The notes beneath the pieces are model-generated. The model saw only the letters and a list, made by a program, of their open reading frames with translations. It was not told the DNA's origin and did no database searches. The position numbers and the translations under genes were made by a program. From Bdellovibrionales bacterium (GTDB taxonomy: Bacteria; Pseudomonadota; Alphaproteobacteria; UBA9219), in assembly GCA_040275305.1 (NCBI GenBank), contig JBEOJY010000007.1, forward strand, positions 795 to 64,794: DNA of 64,000 bases. Reading direction: 5' to 3'. Shown piece by piece: positions 62,346 through 64,000 of this stretch; the stretch's first letter is position 1, and every line of letters starts with the position of its first letter.

Positions 62346-62630
62346 CCCACTTTCTTTTCGAATATGTAGGAAAAGGAAGTGCTGACGAAGCCGACGGACC
62401 CGCTGACTAGCTAGCATGCGGGAGAGGAGCCGAAGGGGGAGACAGCGGGTAGGCCACCCTAAGCAGGCCGGGGCAGACAGGGTACCGGACTGTGATTGGG
62501 GAGCGCGCTCCAGATTAAGAAGGAAGAAAAGATAGATAAGAGAATATGAAAGAAAAGAAAAAAAAGAATAGAGAAGAGAGGAAAGGAAAGGAAGGAAAAG
62601 AACCGAAAGAAAATCTACTCCCAAGCTGCG
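62345..62630 (+). ncRNA. Candidate small RNA, copy 2 (paralog of 1935-2200)
   Basis: Shares the gcgggtaggccaccctaagc-ggccggggcagacaggg-accggac-gtgat core. The tail is extremely purine-rich with more than 15 GGA/AGGA motifs. No credible ORF. Confidence 0.3.
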
Positions 62631-62687
62631 GCATAATTAAGGGTAACGCCCAACCCCTAGAGGCTACCAAAACAAACCTTGCAAAAA

Positions 62688-62765
62688 GGGCCGTCATCGC
62701 GAGGGGCTATCCGCAAGGACCGTCATTGCGAGCCCCATCTTGGGGGCGAAGCAATGTTTTGTCTC
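62688..62765. repeat. Degenerate family-A MITE fragments
   Basis: gggccgtcatcgcgagg...gaccgtcattgcgagcc. Confidence 0.45.
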
Positions 62766-62801
62766 CGTGAAAGCTTGAAAGTAACGACGCGCATGCGCTG
62801 A

Positions 62802-63893
62802 TCATGCCTCCGGAATTAAGCTTTTCCCCTCAGGCGGTAAACCGCCGAGCCTCTGCAGCGCGACGATACGATTCTCGATTGGCGGATGCGTCGCGAACAA
62901 TCCGCCGATGTCGAAAACGGAAGGTGGGTTTTCGATAAACATCTGCCGCACTTCCGGCGGCACATCCGGAATCTCGCTTGCGCCTGAAATCTTGCGCAAT
63001 GCCGAAATCATCGCTTCCGGATCCTTCGTCAGCTCGACCGCTCCCGCATCCGCCATATACTCGCGCCGTCGCGACAAAGCGAAGCGCAGCAATATCGCCA
63101 GCACATATCCGACCGCCAGCATCACGGCGGAAATAATCATCAACAAAGCTATATTCGCCCCGCCGCGCCCTTGCCCGCGCCCATCATCGCTCCTTCCCGT
63201 TCTGCCATGCATGCCGAACTGCATGCCGCGCCACAGCATCTGCGCAAGAAACGAAATCATCCCCGTGAACACGATCGAGATAACAAGCAGCCTGCAATCC
63301 TTGTTGATGATGTGCGTAAGCTCGTGCCCCAGAACGGCCTCCAGTTCGCGCTTGTCAAGACGCTCCACCAGTCCGCGCGTCACGGTAACGGCATAGCTGG
63401 ATGCATCAAGCCCGCTCGCGAAAGCGTTCAACGCGCTCGTGTTGATTATGTGCAGCGCGGGCAACTTCATCCCGCGCGAAATGCAGAGATTCTCCAGCAG
63501 ATTGTAAAGCTCCGGAGCCTCGCGCCGCGCCAAAGGCTTCGCCCCCGTCGCCATGCGGATCATCGCGCCGTTGAAGGCATAGCCGACCATCGACCAGCAC
63601 GCGGCCACGCCCAGAACAGTCGGCCACCAAGCATAGCAAGCCGACAGCGCCAAATCCTCTGGGCCCAAGGAACCAAGTACAGGCTTGATCGACAGGGAAG
63701 AAAAGACCGATGGAGAGACGACCGAAACGCCTCGCGCCGCGTCAAGGCTCGCAAAACCAAACAAATACATCGTGCCCGCGAGCAGCGCCATCAGCAGCGC
63801 AGGAAACGCAGCAAGCATCAGCATAGACTTAAAGTCATTGCTCCAACGATAAGACGTAATGCCAAGCGTAGAAGCTGGAACTGAAGCGCCCAT
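62802..63893 (-). CDS. htpX: M48-family zinc metalloprotease HtpX-like
   Basis: HEXXH motif (GHELTHI). Multiple transmembrane segments. Confidence 0.8.
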   Translation of the reverse strand: MGASVPASTLGITSYRWSNDFKSMLMLAAFPALLMALLAGTMYLFGFASLDAARGVSVVSPSVFSSLSIKPVLGSLGPEDLALSACYAWWPTVLGVAACWSMVGYAFNGAMIRMATGAKPLARREAPELYNLLENLCISRGMKLPALHIINTSALNAFASGLDASSYAVTVTRGLVERLDKRELEAVLGHELTHIINKDCRLLVISIVFTGMISFLAQMLWRGMQFGMHGRTGRSDDGRGQGRGGANIALLMIISAVMLAVGYVLAILLRFALSRRREYMADAGAVELTKDPEAMISALRKISGASEIPDVPPEVRQMFIENPPSVFDIGGLFATHPPIENRIVALQRLGGLPPEGKSLIPEA

Positions 63894-64000
63894 AGGCAGA
63901 CTTCCCTACCCGCCGAACGACACTATGGGCGGAACGCTCGCCGCCGCCTTCTCCGTCTCGTCGAGCGCGTACATCTCCGCAGACGTAAATCCCATAGCTC

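Noticed and set aside
62546-62770. Plus-strand Lys/Glu-rich 74-aa ORF (MKEKKKKNREERKGKEGKE...)
   Set aside because: The composition is a by-product of the AG-rich tract, and the ORF continues into a MITE. Not a credible protein.

Overview
This 64 kb window is a chromosomal segment from a high-GC alphaproteobacterium-like genome. It is dominated by conserved housekeeping genes:
- lipA, lpdA, pdhC, pdhB, pdhA, ftsB, eno and ribD in one region.
- alaS, holB, corA and ubiT/ubiU/ubiV next.
- pyrG, secG, degP and ftsK after that.
- sodB, holC, pepA, lptF, lptG, lolA, xthA and htpX at the far end.

The backbone is heavily interrupted by several families of short palindromic elements that resemble miniature inverted-repeat transposable elements (MITEs). 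The families nest inside one another, and I count at least 18 copies or fragments.

A lower-GC accessory stretch runs from about 19.1 to 30.3 kb. It contains:
- an inositol-monophosphatase-like gene.
- a serine tRNA (GGA anticodon).
- two secreted hypothetical proteins.
- a chemoreceptor with an sCache sensor and a C-terminal hemerythrin domain.
- a lytic transglycosylase.
- a second lpdA copy bracketed by two halves of an IS5-family transposase in inverted orientation.
- a His-rich secreted protein.

The finding I rate highest is a pair of paralogous noncoding loci on the plus strand, at about 1.9-2.2 kb and 62.3-62.6 kb. Each has its own sigma70-like promoter, a shared TCCCAC direct-repeat box, a conserved roughly 60-nt core, and a long purine/GGA-rich tail. 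They look like small RNAs, possibly CsrA/Rsm-type sponge RNAs or a new family.

Other items worth a second look:
- a low-GC PIN-domain two-gene cassette inserted between lipA and lpdA.
- an internally deleted remnant of the PdhB lipoyl domain.
- an overlapping two-gene operon of unknown acidic proteins.
- a pseudo-phosphoesterase.
- an orphan yejEF half-transporter.
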